Assembly (NCBI GenBank): GCA_041571435.1
Contig: JBFFUI010000036.1
Coordinates: 1 to 24,286, forward strand
Reading direction: 5' to 3'
DNA: 24,286 bases
DNA from: Sulfurimonadaceae bacterium
GTDB lineage: Bacteria; Campylobacterota; Campylobacteria; Campylobacterales; Sulfurimonadaceae
Part shown: positions 15,585 to 24,286 of the stretch, piece by piece
Position numbering within the stretch: the stretch's first letter is position 1
Layout: the number at the start of each line of letters is the position of its first letter
Program-made: the position numbers and the translations under genes
Notes under the pieces: generated by a model
Told to the model about the DNA's origin: nothing
The model's database searches: none
Seen by the model: only the letters and a program-made list of their open reading frames with translations

Positions 15585-18500
15585 CAGTATGCGATCTTCA
15601 CCGAGAGGCTGAACTCTCTTCCCGGTTTGGTCGTCGCCGTCGTCAGGTCGCCCTGCGTGTATTCGACGCTGCTGTCGAGCAGGTTTTGCGCCTTGAACTT
15701 GAGCGAGTAGGTAAAATCGCTATCTTTGAGATAATAGTTGTTCAGCTTCCACTGCGTCACGAAATCAAGCTTTGAAAAAGGCTGTTCGTAGATGTCCTCG
15801 TTTTTGTCGGTCCCCAGAGAGACAATACGTTCGCCGATCTGGTTGAACAAGAGCAGCGCACTGTCACCTTTGTCCGGATCGTCATAGCCCAATGTAAAGT
15901 TCACGACATACGGTGACTGTCCCTGCATCGCCCTGTCTGTTGTCGTCAGACGGCTTGTAAACGCATTGTTCGGGTCACTGTTTAGCTTGATATTGGACTG
16001 GATCAGTGCGACATTGGTCGCAAAGAGCAGTTTGTCGAGGCTCTCACTGATGAAACCGAAACGTTTTCGGTAATCGACCTCGACCCCGTAACTTGTCGCA
16101 GAGTCCGCATTTTGATAGGTCTCCTGGAAAATATTGTCCTGGGAGTCGTCCAGCTTGATCACCTTTTCGATCGGATTGGTAAACTCTTTGGCAAACAGGG
16201 CAAGAGAGAAGACCTCGTCAGCGTTCATATACCACTCGTACTTCAGGTCGTAATGGTTGATATAGGTCGCTTTGAGATCCGGATTTCCGAAGACGATATT
16301 CTCCGTTACCGGATCTTTGTAGCGGCTGTTACTGAACTCACGAAAGTCGGGTCTGCTGATCGTTGACGCATAGGCAAATCGCAACTGCATGTCATCATCG
16401 TCAAAACGGTAGGTCAGACCCAGACTCGGGAAGAGATCCGATGTCTCCAACGGTGCGTACGCGGCGGCGGCATCTGTCAACTGCTGGCGAGAGTCCTCCT
16501 GTCTTACCGACGCCACGATGTCAAAGTCATGTGTCACGGAGAGCAGCTGTTTGAGATAAAATGCCGTCACATCCTGAGTCGCCTCATAGGAGTCGGTGTC
16601 GCGGTAGGACGCCGAGAAATAAAGAGAGCTGGCATACTTGTCGTAGATAGTGTCCATATCTTCGGGCATGTCGTTGAAGTTGTTGCTCAGCATCTTAAAA
16701 CGTCGGCTGTCGAAGTTCCTGCTTTTGTTATAGATAAAGACCCCCGCCTGTGTATAGTTGTCGTTGTCGTTAAACACAAACGGCAGAGTGAAATCGGCAC
16801 GGTAGTTATCGACCGTATCTTCCAGAAGGAAGTAATAATACCAGTTCTTTCTGTCCCAGTTCAGCCCCGAAGTCTGATGCAGATAGTTGTATTCAACGGT
16901 CCCCGGTTCATCGCGCTTCGCTGTCGAGTTTTCTGCAGCCCAGTCGATCTTGATATTGTCAAAATAACCGTCGGTCGAGTTCGTGAACCGCAGCTCGTTC
17001 TCACCGCTGAGCTGGTTCGACATGAGCCCTTTTTCAACGTATTCGTAGTAGGTCTTTTCTCGGTCTTCTGTCGCCCCGGTGTAGTCGATCGACGAAAGTG
17101 TCGTTGTATCGCTGATATGCTGCGACGTAAAGAAGGTGTATTTGATCTTGTTGTTACCGTAATAGTTCATACCAAGATTGACCATCCCGGCAAGCTCGGT
17201 GTTAAAGGTCGTGATGTCTGCCTCCGTGTGGTTGTCATGGTACACCTGTTTCGAATTGAGATCGTAAAAATATTTGTCATAGATTGTGCGGTCGTTCTCA
17301 GCCGTGTTTTTATAGTAGACAGTACCGGACGCACCTAATGTGATATCATCGGTGACCGCAAAACTTTTACCGGCAGAGAGCTCCACCTTCGTACCCGGAT
17401 TGAGGGTCGCACTTTCGTGCTTCAATGTCCGGCTGTTGATCACATCGTATGTGACTGCCGTACTACCGACTGTGTTGCCGCCGCTTATCACGCTCTCAGG
17501 CAGGGCAACCGGATTGTCGCTGTTGGTCGTCCCCTCTTTGCCGGTAGCACTGTTCATGATCACTTCCATGCCCAATGCCGCATAGCCGTCATTGCCTTCA
17601 GGGATATCCTTGCTCTTTATGAGCACCGTTCCGCCCCCGAACGAGGCAGGAAGGTCACCGGTGTAGGACTTCTGTATCGTGATGCTTTCGACAACCGACG
17701 TCGGGAAGATATCCAGCGGAACGACCCTTTTCGTCGGTTCAGGCGACGGTACATGCAGATCGTTGAGCATCACCGTCGAATAACGGTCACCAAGTCCACG
17801 GACATAGACATATTTGCCGCCGACGATGGTGATACCGCTTACCCTTTTGAGTGCCGAAGCGACACTGCTGTCGCCGCTTTTAGAGAACTGTTCGGACCCC
17901 AGGACGTTCCCGACCGCATCGCTGTTACGCTCTTCTGCGATCACTGACGCCACTGATCCCTCGACATGCGGCGCCAGGACAACGAACTCGTCAAGTTCCA
18001 TCGATGCGGGGCTCATTTCGACGATCTTGTTCATACTTTCATCTGCCGCCACAGTGACTTTCAGTGTCTGCGAACTGAAGTCGCTGTGAATAACCGAAAT
18101 CGTCTGTTCCCCGGCCGGCAAAGTCAGTGCAAGGAACCCTTTTGCATCTGTCTTGGCGTCAAAGCTCTGTCCCCTGACAAAGACACGGGCATCGGCAATC
18201 GGTTTCTGGTCTTCCGAAGAGGTCAGTGTCAGCAGTACCGTCCCTTTCTTTGCCGCAAGTGTCTCGGAGACATTGTTATCGGCGGCAGCCGCCTTAGGCG
18301 CTTCATCATCCTCGAATGCTACGCTGTTGCTCTCGTTAAGCGCGACAATGATCTGAGACTCTTTATCTTTTTTGATGACAAAGTTCTTTTTTACAAAGGC
18401 CTTGGGTTTGCCATCGACTTTAGCAACGACCTGGATCTGGTACGAACCGGTCGGCAATACCGCGAAGATATAGCCGTCGGCATCGGTTTTAAAGCTTGCC

Positions 18501-18673
18501 TGACGGGTCGAAAAACCGACGACATCTGCCGTCTGCTGCTGCGCTTTTTTGAAGATGACCGTCTCCTGCTCGGCAAGAGGCTTGCCGTCTTTCATCAGAT
18601 AGAAAGAGAGTTCACCCGTATCGGCGGCCAATAGTGCCGTAACAAACGTTATCAGTATTAGCAGTGTTTTCAT
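15584..18673 (-). CDS. TonB-dependent outer-membrane receptor with N-terminal carboxypeptidase-regulatory-like extension
   Basis: 1029 aa with a signal peptide; TonB-box-like LDEFVV near aa 227; plug motif ALKRVSGITI..YVYVRGLGDRY..VPLDIFP; barrel motifs SRPDFRE, GNPDLK, GQSPY, NLLD; aromatic C-terminal residue (VKIAY). Confidence 0.93.
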   Translation of the reverse strand: MKTLLILITFVTALLAADTGELSFYLMKDGKPLAEQETVIFKKAQQQTADVVGFSTRQASFKTDADGYIFAVLPTGSYQIQVVAKVDGKPKAFVKKNFVIKKDKESQIIVALNESNSVAFEDDEAPKAAAADNNVSETLAAKKGTVLLTLTSSEDQKPIADARVFVRGQSFDAKTDAKGFLALTLPAGEQTISVIHSDFSSQTLKVTVAADESMNKIVEMSPASMELDEFVVLAPHVEGSVASVIAEERNSDAVGNVLGSEQFSKSGDSSVASALKRVSGITIVGGKYVYVRGLGDRYSTVMLNDLHVPSPEPTKRVVPLDIFPTSVVESITIQKSYTGDLPASFGGGTVLIKSKDIPEGNDGYAALGMEVIMNSATGKEGTTNSDNPVALPESVISGGNTVGSTAVTYDVINSRTLKHESATLNPGTKVELSAGKSFAVTDDITLGASGTVYYKNTAENDRTIYDKYFYDLNSKQVYHDNHTEADITTFNTELAGMVNLGMNYYGNNKIKYTFFTSQHISDTTTLSSIDYTGATEDREKTYYEYVEKGLMSNQLSGENELRFTNSTDGYFDNIKIDWAAENSTAKRDEPGTVEYNYLHQTSGLNWDRKNWYYYFLLEDTVDNYRADFTLPFVFNDNDNYTQAGVFIYNKSRNFDSRRFKMLSNNFNDMPEDMDTIYDKYASSLYFSASYRDTDSYEATQDVTAFYLKQLLSVTHDFDIVASVRQEDSRQQLTDAAAAYAPLETSDLFPSLGLTYRFDDDDMQLRFAYASTISRPDFREFSNSRYKDPVTENIVFGNPDLKATYINHYDLKYEWYMNADEVFSLALFAKEFTNPIEKVIKLDDSQDNIFQETYQNADSATSYGVEVDYRKRFGFISESLDKLLFATNVALIQSNIKLNSDPNNAFTSRLTTTDRAMQGQSPYVVNFTLGYDDPDKGDSALLLFNQIGERIVSLGTDKNEDIYEQPFSKLDFVTQWKLNNYYLKDSDFTYSLKFKAQNLLDSSVEYTQGDLTTATTKPGREFSLSVKIAY

Positions 18674-19815
18674 AATTCACATTCCCATGAGTTGTTTTGG
18701 CATTTTTCCATGTTTTTACGCAGCTCCGTCGCTTTGTCGAACAGGTCAGGACGTGTCAGTTCTCTGAGCTGCGCTTCGCTTTTTTCGAAGTCCGAGGTCA
18801 TATAATATGCATATGCGAGGGCATAACGGATGTTCTCATCTTCCAGGAGACCGCTGCGTTCCAGCGCACTGGCCGTTGCGACAACACGCTCATACTCGCC
18901 GAATTCGAGATAGATCGCAATGCGCTGTTTGTATTTCTCTTTGGTGTCGTTTAGCTGGGCATTTTTATAGAGCGAAAGCGTAAACTCACGGGCACGGCGC
19001 AGCATCTCCGAGGCTTCTTTGGTGTACTTGGCGTCTTCGATCGACGCCTGGTCAAACAGGTTTGCCGCACTCTGTATCATCTGCTGATCGAGGTAGAGAT
19101 GCGCCAGCATCACCGTCATCTCGGCGTTATCAAAGAACAGCAGATTGCCGCGCTCTGCCAGAATGGTCGCTTTTTGCATTGCACCGCTTTTACGAAGCGC
19201 ACCGATAAAGGATAGGTAGGTCTTGGCATTCGGTTTTTCATTGGCCAGATAGATCTCTGCGTCTTCTAGTGCACTTTGATAGAGTTCCAGCTCAACAAAA
19301 TAGTTGAAACGCTGTTTGTAGACACCTACGTAGTCCGGGAACTTCCGGATCGTCTCTGCCAGCGTGTCCAGCGCCTCTGCATGCTGTTCAAGCTTCCAGT
19401 GGCACTCTGCGCGCAATGCCAGAAGCTGCGATTTAGCTACAGCGATATCGCCCGCTTTGTCAAGGGCATCGATAGTCCCCTGATAATCGTGCAGTTTAAA
19501 GTTATTCTGCGCGATATAGAGATAGATCGTCGGTTCTGTCTGTCCGCTCTCTATCGCCTTGTAAAACTGCTCATTGGCGACTTTATACAGCTGCTGCTTG
19601 GTAAAGATCAGTCCTTTGATCGTATAGTAGAGCACAAAGTCAAAATCCTCTTGCGTCGTATCCGCTTCATTGAGTGTCTCCGCAGCACGGGCATAGTGGC
19701 CGTCTTTCATCAACAGTGCCGCCAGTGCGACATGATCGACTTCATCGTTCTTGCCCTTTTCAGCGGCAAGAAGCGTCAGTTGTAAGACGGTTAATAGTAT
19801 AAAAATTAATTTCAT
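18670..19815 (-). CDS. Exported tetratricopeptide-repeat protein (TtpD-like position)
   Basis: Signal peptide and repeated helical TPR-like patterns (LAALLMKDGHYARA, LAHLYLDQQMIQSAANLF, LAYAYYMTSDFEKS); lies directly after tonB. Confidence 0.8.
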   Translation of the reverse strand: MKLIFILLTVLQLTLLAAEKGKNDEVDHVALAALLMKDGHYARAAETLNEADTTQEDFDFVLYYTIKGLIFTKQQLYKVANEQFYKAIESGQTEPTIYLYIAQNNFKLHDYQGTIDALDKAGDIAVAKSQLLALRAECHWKLEQHAEALDTLAETIRKFPDYVGVYKQRFNYFVELELYQSALEDAEIYLANEKPNAKTYLSFIGALRKSGAMQKATILAERGNLLFFDNAEMTVMLAHLYLDQQMIQSAANLFDQASIEDAKYTKEASEMLRRAREFTLSLYKNAQLNDTKEKYKQRIAIYLEFGEYERVVATASALERSGLLEDENIRYALAYAYYMTSDFEKSEAQLRELTRPDLFDKATELRKNMEKCQNNSWECEL

Positions 19816-19825
19816 TGCTCTTCTC

Positions 19826-20461
19826 TTATTGCAGATCGAATCTGATCTTCTGTTTTGCCCACACTTTTACGGGCTGTCCCTGATACTGTGCCGGTGTGAA
19901 GGTCCAGCTGCGTACACCCGCTTCGGCCACCTCGTCAAATACACCGGCCGGTTCCGACTGAAGCACTTTGACTTTTTCGACCTGACCGTTTTTGCTGATA
20001 AGCAGGTTCATCAGGACATAGCCGGTCACCCCGTTCTTTCGGGCTGCTTTCGGGTACTCCATGGCTGAACGCTGCGCCGGTTTGGGCGCGACGTCGACCG
20101 ATTCTCCGGTCATGACGACATCTTTTCCGACATCACCCAAAAGGGCATCATCCATCCCTGTATCATCACTCATAAACGCGTCAAGACCAGTGTCGATACC
20201 GCCCAGATTGGAACTCAGGTTCGGTGTCGGTGCCGTGCGTTTTGTCTGCGCTTTTTGCGGTTTTGGCTTCGGTTTTGGCTTCGGCTTCGGTTTAGGCTTG
20301 ACCACTTTTTGGATCTCAAAATTGGCCGTGCTCTCTTTTTTCTTTGTCTCGTGGATGCCGCCGGCTTCATTCATCATGATGACGGTGCCAAAGACAAACA
20401 CAACACCAAAGACCATCCACAGTACAGACTTGATGTAGGTCGAAACTGCTGGTTTACGCAC
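19826..20461 (-). CDS. tonB: Energy transducer TonB
   Basis: N-terminal TM helix, KPKPKPKPKPKPKP linker, C-terminal domain YPKAARKNGVTGYV...GVFDEVA...WTFTPA. GTG start. Confidence 0.93.
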   Translation of the reverse strand: MRKPAVSTYIKSVLWMVFGVVFVFGTVIMMNEAGGIHETKKKESTANFEIQKVVKPKPKPKPKPKPKPQKAQTKRTAPTPNLSSNLGGIDTGLDAFMSDDTGMDDALLGDVGKDVVMTGESVDVAPKPAQRSAMEYPKAARKNGVTGYVLMNLLISKNGQVEKVKVLQSEPAGVFDEVAEAGVRSWTFTPAQYQGQPVKVWAKQKIRFDLQ

Positions 20462-20462
20462 C

Positions 20463-20867
20463 TTAACCGACCTCTTTTTTGGTTGCTACCGCAACATCTT
20501 TTGCACCAGAAAGACGGCACTGGTCAACCACATCGATCAGTTTTTCAACCGCGATCGAATCGTCTGTCACAACAAGCACAGACTTCTCAGTGGCCGCACG
20601 TATCATGTCACGAAGTTTCCCCTGGATCGCCCAGGTCTTGACCGGCTGACCGTCCACATAGGTCTCGCCCGTGTTGTCGATGTAGACGCGGATCACCTTC
20701 GATGAAGCGCGGGATGCCGATGAGGCACCCGGTCGTTCGAGGTCGAGCTTCATATCTTTGACAAAGGTCGAGCTCACCATGAAAAAGATCAACAGGATAA
20801 ATACCATGTCGATCAACGGCGACATATCGACATCGCTGACCTGCTCTTTTTTTCTTCTAAACTTCAT
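20463..20867 (-). CDS. exbD: Biopolymer transport protein ExbD
   Basis: DMSPLIDMVFILLIFFMVSSTF transmembrane motif with the conserved Asp. Confidence 0.95.
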   Translation of the reverse strand: MKFRRKKEQVSDVDMSPLIDMVFILLIFFMVSSTFVKDMKLDLERPGASSASRASSKVIRVYIDNTGETYVDGQPVKTWAIQGKLRDMIRAATEKSVLVVTDDSIAVEKLIDVVDQCRLSGAKDVAVATKKEVG

Positions 20868-21474
20868 GATCTTCCTTTATTCCCTCTGTACATAAAATGT
20901 CTTTTATCTGCTCGAGCTCGAGCTCCATCGTATTGCCACGGCGGTCCAGAAGACGGCCGATGATCACACCCGGAACCGCAACGACCAGCCCCAGCTGGGT
21001 TGTAAACAGTGCCTGCGAGATACCGCCTGCGATACCGCCACTCTGGGTGAACAGTGATGCAGATGCCAGAGAGTCAAAGGTCTCGATCATCCCGACCACC
21101 GTTCCCAACAGTCCGATTAGCGGTGCTATGGCAACGATCGTCATCACCATCTTCGAATACTTTTTGATCTCTAGCTCATAGTCGTAAAACTTGTCGTCGA
21201 TCAGTTTACGGGCTGTTTTTGTACCGCCGTACTCCTTGACGATCGCCATGCCGTCTTGAATGGCACTGTCGATGATGCCGACAACCTTGGTGCGCTTGTG
21301 TTCGTGATACTTACGGATGAGGGTACGGACACTTTTACGTGAGCCGCGCTTCAGGGTATGAAACCTGAATCCCAACCCAAACCACAGGAACATGGCTGCG
21401 AAAAAGAGCGGCCACATGACGAAACCGCCACTGCTCATGTAGTCAAAAAAACCCTCGATGTAAATGGCTATCAT
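20857..21474 (-). CDS. exbB: MotA/TolQ/ExbB proton channel protein (short)
   Basis: GGFVMWPL, APLIGLLGTVVGMIETF and GISQALFTTQLGLVVAVP motifs. Confidence 0.92.
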   Translation of the reverse strand: MIAIYIEGFFDYMSSGGFVMWPLFFAAMFLWFGLGFRFHTLKRGSRKSVRTLIRKYHEHKRTKVVGIIDSAIQDGMAIVKEYGGTKTARKLIDDKFYDYELEIKKYSKMVMTIVAIAPLIGLLGTVVGMIETFDSLASASLFTQSGGIAGGISQALFTTQLGLVVAVPGVIIGRLLDRRGNTMELELEQIKDILCTEGIKEDHEV

Positions 21475-22787
21475 TACTTCTGCTTGTTATACTCGTTGAT
21501 CAAATGCAGCGCTGAATGCTCCATCGCATCTTTGATCTTCTCTGCCCATGCACTCAGCATGTTTCCGATAAGCAATATCGGGATCGCAACGATCAGACCC
21601 AGTTCAGTCGTGACAAGTGCGATCGAGATACCGCCTGAAAGCAGTTTAGGGTCACCTGTACCGAATTCGGTAATGATGTCGAAGGTCGCGATCATACCCG
21701 TGACCGTACCCAGCAGACCCAGAAGCGGTGCAACGGCTGCGATCACCATGATGGCCGAACCGAAGCGGTCAAGCCGACTGCTTTCATGCATGATCGACTC
21801 CATCACTACATCTTCAACGTGCTCACGTTCCGCATCAAGGTTTCGGACAGTCGCTTTAAGTACACGCGCCGTCGCCCCTTTCTGCTCTTTAAGGTACGCT
21901 AGGGCTTTTGACTGACCGCCATCCAGAAGTGCTGCCAATGTCGACTGCGGCAATGAAGCCGTTTTCGCGTTTGCACCGACCAGGAAGAGCGTTCTGAACA
22001 GTGCCAGAAGGAGACCGAACAGGCCAAGACCGACAATCACCCAGCCGATGATCCCACCCGAGTTTACGACAGAATAAGCGCTCTTCTCAACCTTGTCATC
22101 GATCTCTTTTGTACTGTTCTCGTAGATAAAGATGTTCAGTGTCTCAGGCATCTTGGATTCTGACAATGCCACCGCTGTCTCAACCGCCTGCGGCTCATCG
22201 TAAAGTTTAAACTTGCCTTCACCTGCCGGAACCAGTGCACCCGCATTTGAGCCGTCGACACCGTAACGGGCGATGTTGCCCACTTTGACCACCGTGCCCA
22301 GTTTCTCGGTACCGTCATTGAGATAGAACGGTGCCTTGGTCACTTCAATCTGTGCCAGCTGCTTGATCAACATATCCGACTGTGCAAAGATCGACTTAAG
22401 CGCTTCTTGGTAGTTCGCTTTGTCTGCCTTGACCGTCACACCGTACGGCTTCAGTGTCGATTGTGCCTGCAGAACAACCGATTCGACCATAGAGACATCG
22501 TCGCTTACGTTTTGTGCATTTTGCTGTGCCGCGTAAAGCATGTCGTTCATCTGTTCGCTTTTGCTCTGTTTTGCAAGAACACTGTTTTGCAGCGCATTGA
22601 GCTCTGCTTTAGCCGCTTCAAGTTTCTGCGCATTCTCTGCGGTTACACGCTCCAGACGCTCAGTAAGCATCTTCTTCTGTGCTTTCATATAGGCAAACTC
22701 TTTTGCATAGGCACGGTCAAGTTGTGTGTCCGTCGCACCAAACAGGGTCGTTGCTAACAGTAGCACTGCCATAAGTAACTTTTTCAT
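21474..22787 (-). CDS. Long MotA/TolQ/ExbB-family protein with periplasmic coiled-coil N-terminus (TtpC-like)
   Basis: Signal peptide, coiled coil, then an ExbB-type C-terminus (GGIIGWVI, APLLGLLGTVTGMIATF, GDPKLLSGGISIALVTTELGL). Confidence 0.88.
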   Translation of the reverse strand: MKKLLMAVLLLATTLFGATDTQLDRAYAKEFAYMKAQKKMLTERLERVTAENAQKLEAAKAELNALQNSVLAKQSKSEQMNDMLYAAQQNAQNVSDDVSMVESVVLQAQSTLKPYGVTVKADKANYQEALKSIFAQSDMLIKQLAQIEVTKAPFYLNDGTEKLGTVVKVGNIARYGVDGSNAGALVPAGEGKFKLYDEPQAVETAVALSESKMPETLNIFIYENSTKEIDDKVEKSAYSVVNSGGIIGWVIVGLGLFGLLLALFRTLFLVGANAKTASLPQSTLAALLDGGQSKALAYLKEQKGATARVLKATVRNLDAEREHVEDVVMESIMHESSRLDRFGSAIMVIAAVAPLLGLLGTVTGMIATFDIITEFGTGDPKLLSGGISIALVTTELGLIVAIPILLIGNMLSAWAEKIKDAMEHSALHLINEYNKQK

Positions 22788-23545
22788 TATTTCACCTCCG
22801 TCACAACTAGCGCATTCGGCAATGTGAAGTAACCTGTGCGTATCTGCTTTTTAAATGCATCAAAGAGTGAAGCGATCTGATCTTTTTTCTCTTTTTCGAT
22901 GACCTGCTTGTACTCCCAGTTTGCACCGTTTTTCACAACATAACCCATCTCTTCGTCGGGTGTTTTGAAATACATCATCATGGTACCGACGCGGGCTACT
23001 TCGGCAAGACGGTCCTGCCCGTTAAGCGTGATAGTCTGTTTGAAGATACCGTTCTCTTTGCTCATACGAATGGCATCACCGTAAGAGTTCCATGTCAAGA
23101 CCAGCCCTTTTTGTGCTGTGATCTCATCGTTTTCAACCTGCTTCTGAATACGCTGGATATCCGCGATGCGGTCCGCTGTTTTGAACGGGATCTGCACACG
23201 GATATCTTTTTCCAGCGATGCAAGCGCGTCAAGGACCAACGGTTTCAGACCGACAGAGTTCTTGCCGGTTTCCTGGACCTCTTTTTTCACTTTAGCCATC
23301 TCGGCAGAGAGCTGTTTGATACGAAGGTCTTCTCTTGCGATCATCGCTTCAAGATCATTTTTTTGCAGGCGAAGAGATTTCATCGAGCCTTTGAAGGCAT
23401 CTTTCTCATCTGCGATTGAACTGTCAAGCTGCTCCACTTCGGCACGAAGTTTCATCAGCGATTCCGCCATATTGTCGCTGTTTGCCATCAATGACGTACC
23501 AGCGATCAACAAAGACAAAGCAATATTTTGCATTTTTGTAGACAT
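22787..23545 (-). CDS. DUF3450 family exported coiled-coil protein (TtpB-like)
   Basis: Likely start ATG 23545 (GGGGA RBS), giving 252 aa. Signal peptide, coiled coil, and IPFKTADRI, RVGTMMMYFKTPD and C-terminal FTLP motifs. First gene of the TonB cluster. Confidence 0.82.
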   Translation of the reverse strand: MSTKMQNIALSLLIAGTSLMANSDNMAESLMKLRAEVEQLDSSIADEKDAFKGSMKSLRLQKNDLEAMIAREDLRIKQLSAEMAKVKKEVQETGKNSVGLKPLVLDALASLEKDIRVQIPFKTADRIADIQRIQKQVENDEITAQKGLVLTWNSYGDAIRMSKENGIFKQTITLNGQDRLAEVARVGTMMMYFKTPDEEMGYVVKNGANWEYKQVIEKEKKDQIASLFDAFKKQIRTGYFTLPNALVVTEVK

Positions 23546-23574
23546 GGATTCCCCAAGTAAATTAAGATGGTGAA

Positions 23575-23628
23575 ATAATAGATGAGAGGGGTTACGCATA
23601 CGTTACTTCTATGCAACATTTTGGTTAC
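23575..23628 (-). promoter_or_regulatory. Pho-box-like tandem direct repeats plus -10 (TATTAT)
   Basis: Plus-strand GTTAC at 23591, 23602 and 23624, and GCAAC at 23613 (exact 11-bp period). On the minus strand the last GTAAC is followed by exactly 10 nt and then TATTAT (23580-23575). Confidence 0.65.
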
Positions 23629-23881
23629 ATTGTCAATTTAAAAAGCTTCAACGCTGTAAAACAGCTTGCAAAGCCCTAAAAACAGGGTTTTTCATTGTCT
23701 CTGAATTGTTACATAGATCAGGTCATTGAGATGTTTTGCTGTAGAGATAGGACGATATCACCGCAGCCATTATGCTGTTTTTATGAAAAACATCGTGTAG
23801 CTTATGTTGATGTTCAAAGTTTCTGTTTACGAGATGATAGAGCAAGAAGAAGAGTGGTTAGGCATAACGCCTAAGCGGTAA

Positions 23882-23909
23882 TAAAACAGGAGGATATCCC
23901 TCCCTGTTT
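23882..23909 (-). terminator. Probable intrinsic terminator after the upstream partial gene
   Basis: Minus strand AAACAGG(G)AGG-GATAT-CCTCCTGTTT-TA, 10 nt after the stop. A second hairpin TTAGGC-N5-GCCTAA lies at 23858-23874. Confidence 0.65.
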
Positions 23910-23919
23910 GGAGTCGGCG

Positions 23920-24286
23920 TTACGGTGCCGGAGTCTCCAGTGGATCGTTTGAACCCGCTTTACCTTTCCAGATAGCCGTCTCAGTTGCACCGGCACATGT
24001 AATGTCGTCGTCAACATTCAATGTCCCTGCACCTGTATAGAGCGTATTAGTTACAAAGAAATCATACGCCGTGTTCTCACCAACCGGGTTTGTATCCGGC
24101 TTGGAGTTCAGGTCGCTGTAAGTCGTCGCATCAGTCAATGCAAGGGCCGTATCTTTGAAACAAACATCACCGTCAACGTGTTTTGCGCCAGTATCGTAAG
24201 CGTCTGTCCCTCTAAAGTGGACCTGTTCTGTATCAACTGACTTATCGCTGATAAACTTGACGTTACTCCATTTGAAACCGGCATCA
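23920..24286 (-). CDS. C-terminal 121 aa of an unknown Asp/Thr/Gly-rich protein; 5' part outside the window
   Basis: The frame is open to the window edge: DAGFKWSNVKFISDKSVDTEQVHFRGTDAYDTGAKHVDGDVCFKDTALALTDATTYSDL...PLETPAP*. A terminator follows. Confidence 0.8.
   Translation of the reverse strand, partial: DAGFKWSNVKFISDKSVDTEQVHFRGTDAYDTGAKHVDGDVCFKDTALALTDATTYSDLNSKPDTNPVGENTAYDFFVTNTLYTGAGTLNVDDDITCAGATETAIWKGKAGSNDPLETPAP

Noticed and set aside
20258-20300. Tandem hexamer-like repeats (GGTTTT/GGCTTC)
   Set aside because: They simply encode the Lys-Pro linker of TonB.

Overview
Bacterial chromosome segment, very likely Campylobacterota (Sulfurimonas/Sulfuricurvum-like; inferred from the tmRNA tag ANNTNYRPAYAVA, the panB-ruvB-AI-2E and hemN-GlcF-like gene orders, and extended -10 promoters). 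The left and middle parts are mostly housekeeping: wecB (truncated by the window), ssrA/tmRNA, a DUF2279-like gene coupled to trpA, panB, ruvB, an AI-2E transporter, lgt, a CPA2 antiporter plus P2A-type ATPase pair, a DsrE-like gene, a GlcF-like Fe-S protein and hemN. The right part is a tightly packed 8-gene minus-strand TonB operon of the Vibrio TonB2/Ttp architecture (DUF3450, long TtpC-like ExbB, ExbB, ExbD, TonB, TPR). It continues into a 1029-aa TonB-dependent receptor with an N-terminal extension and a DUF1566/Lcl-domain protein. Its promoter carries four 11-bp-phased repeats with pho-box geometry. The most unusual non-coding feature is between the AI-2E gene and lgt: two diverged ~240-bp copies of one multi-hairpin element in inverted orientation, with compensatory base changes between the copies. 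Family assignments come from motif recognition by eye; no database searches were run.
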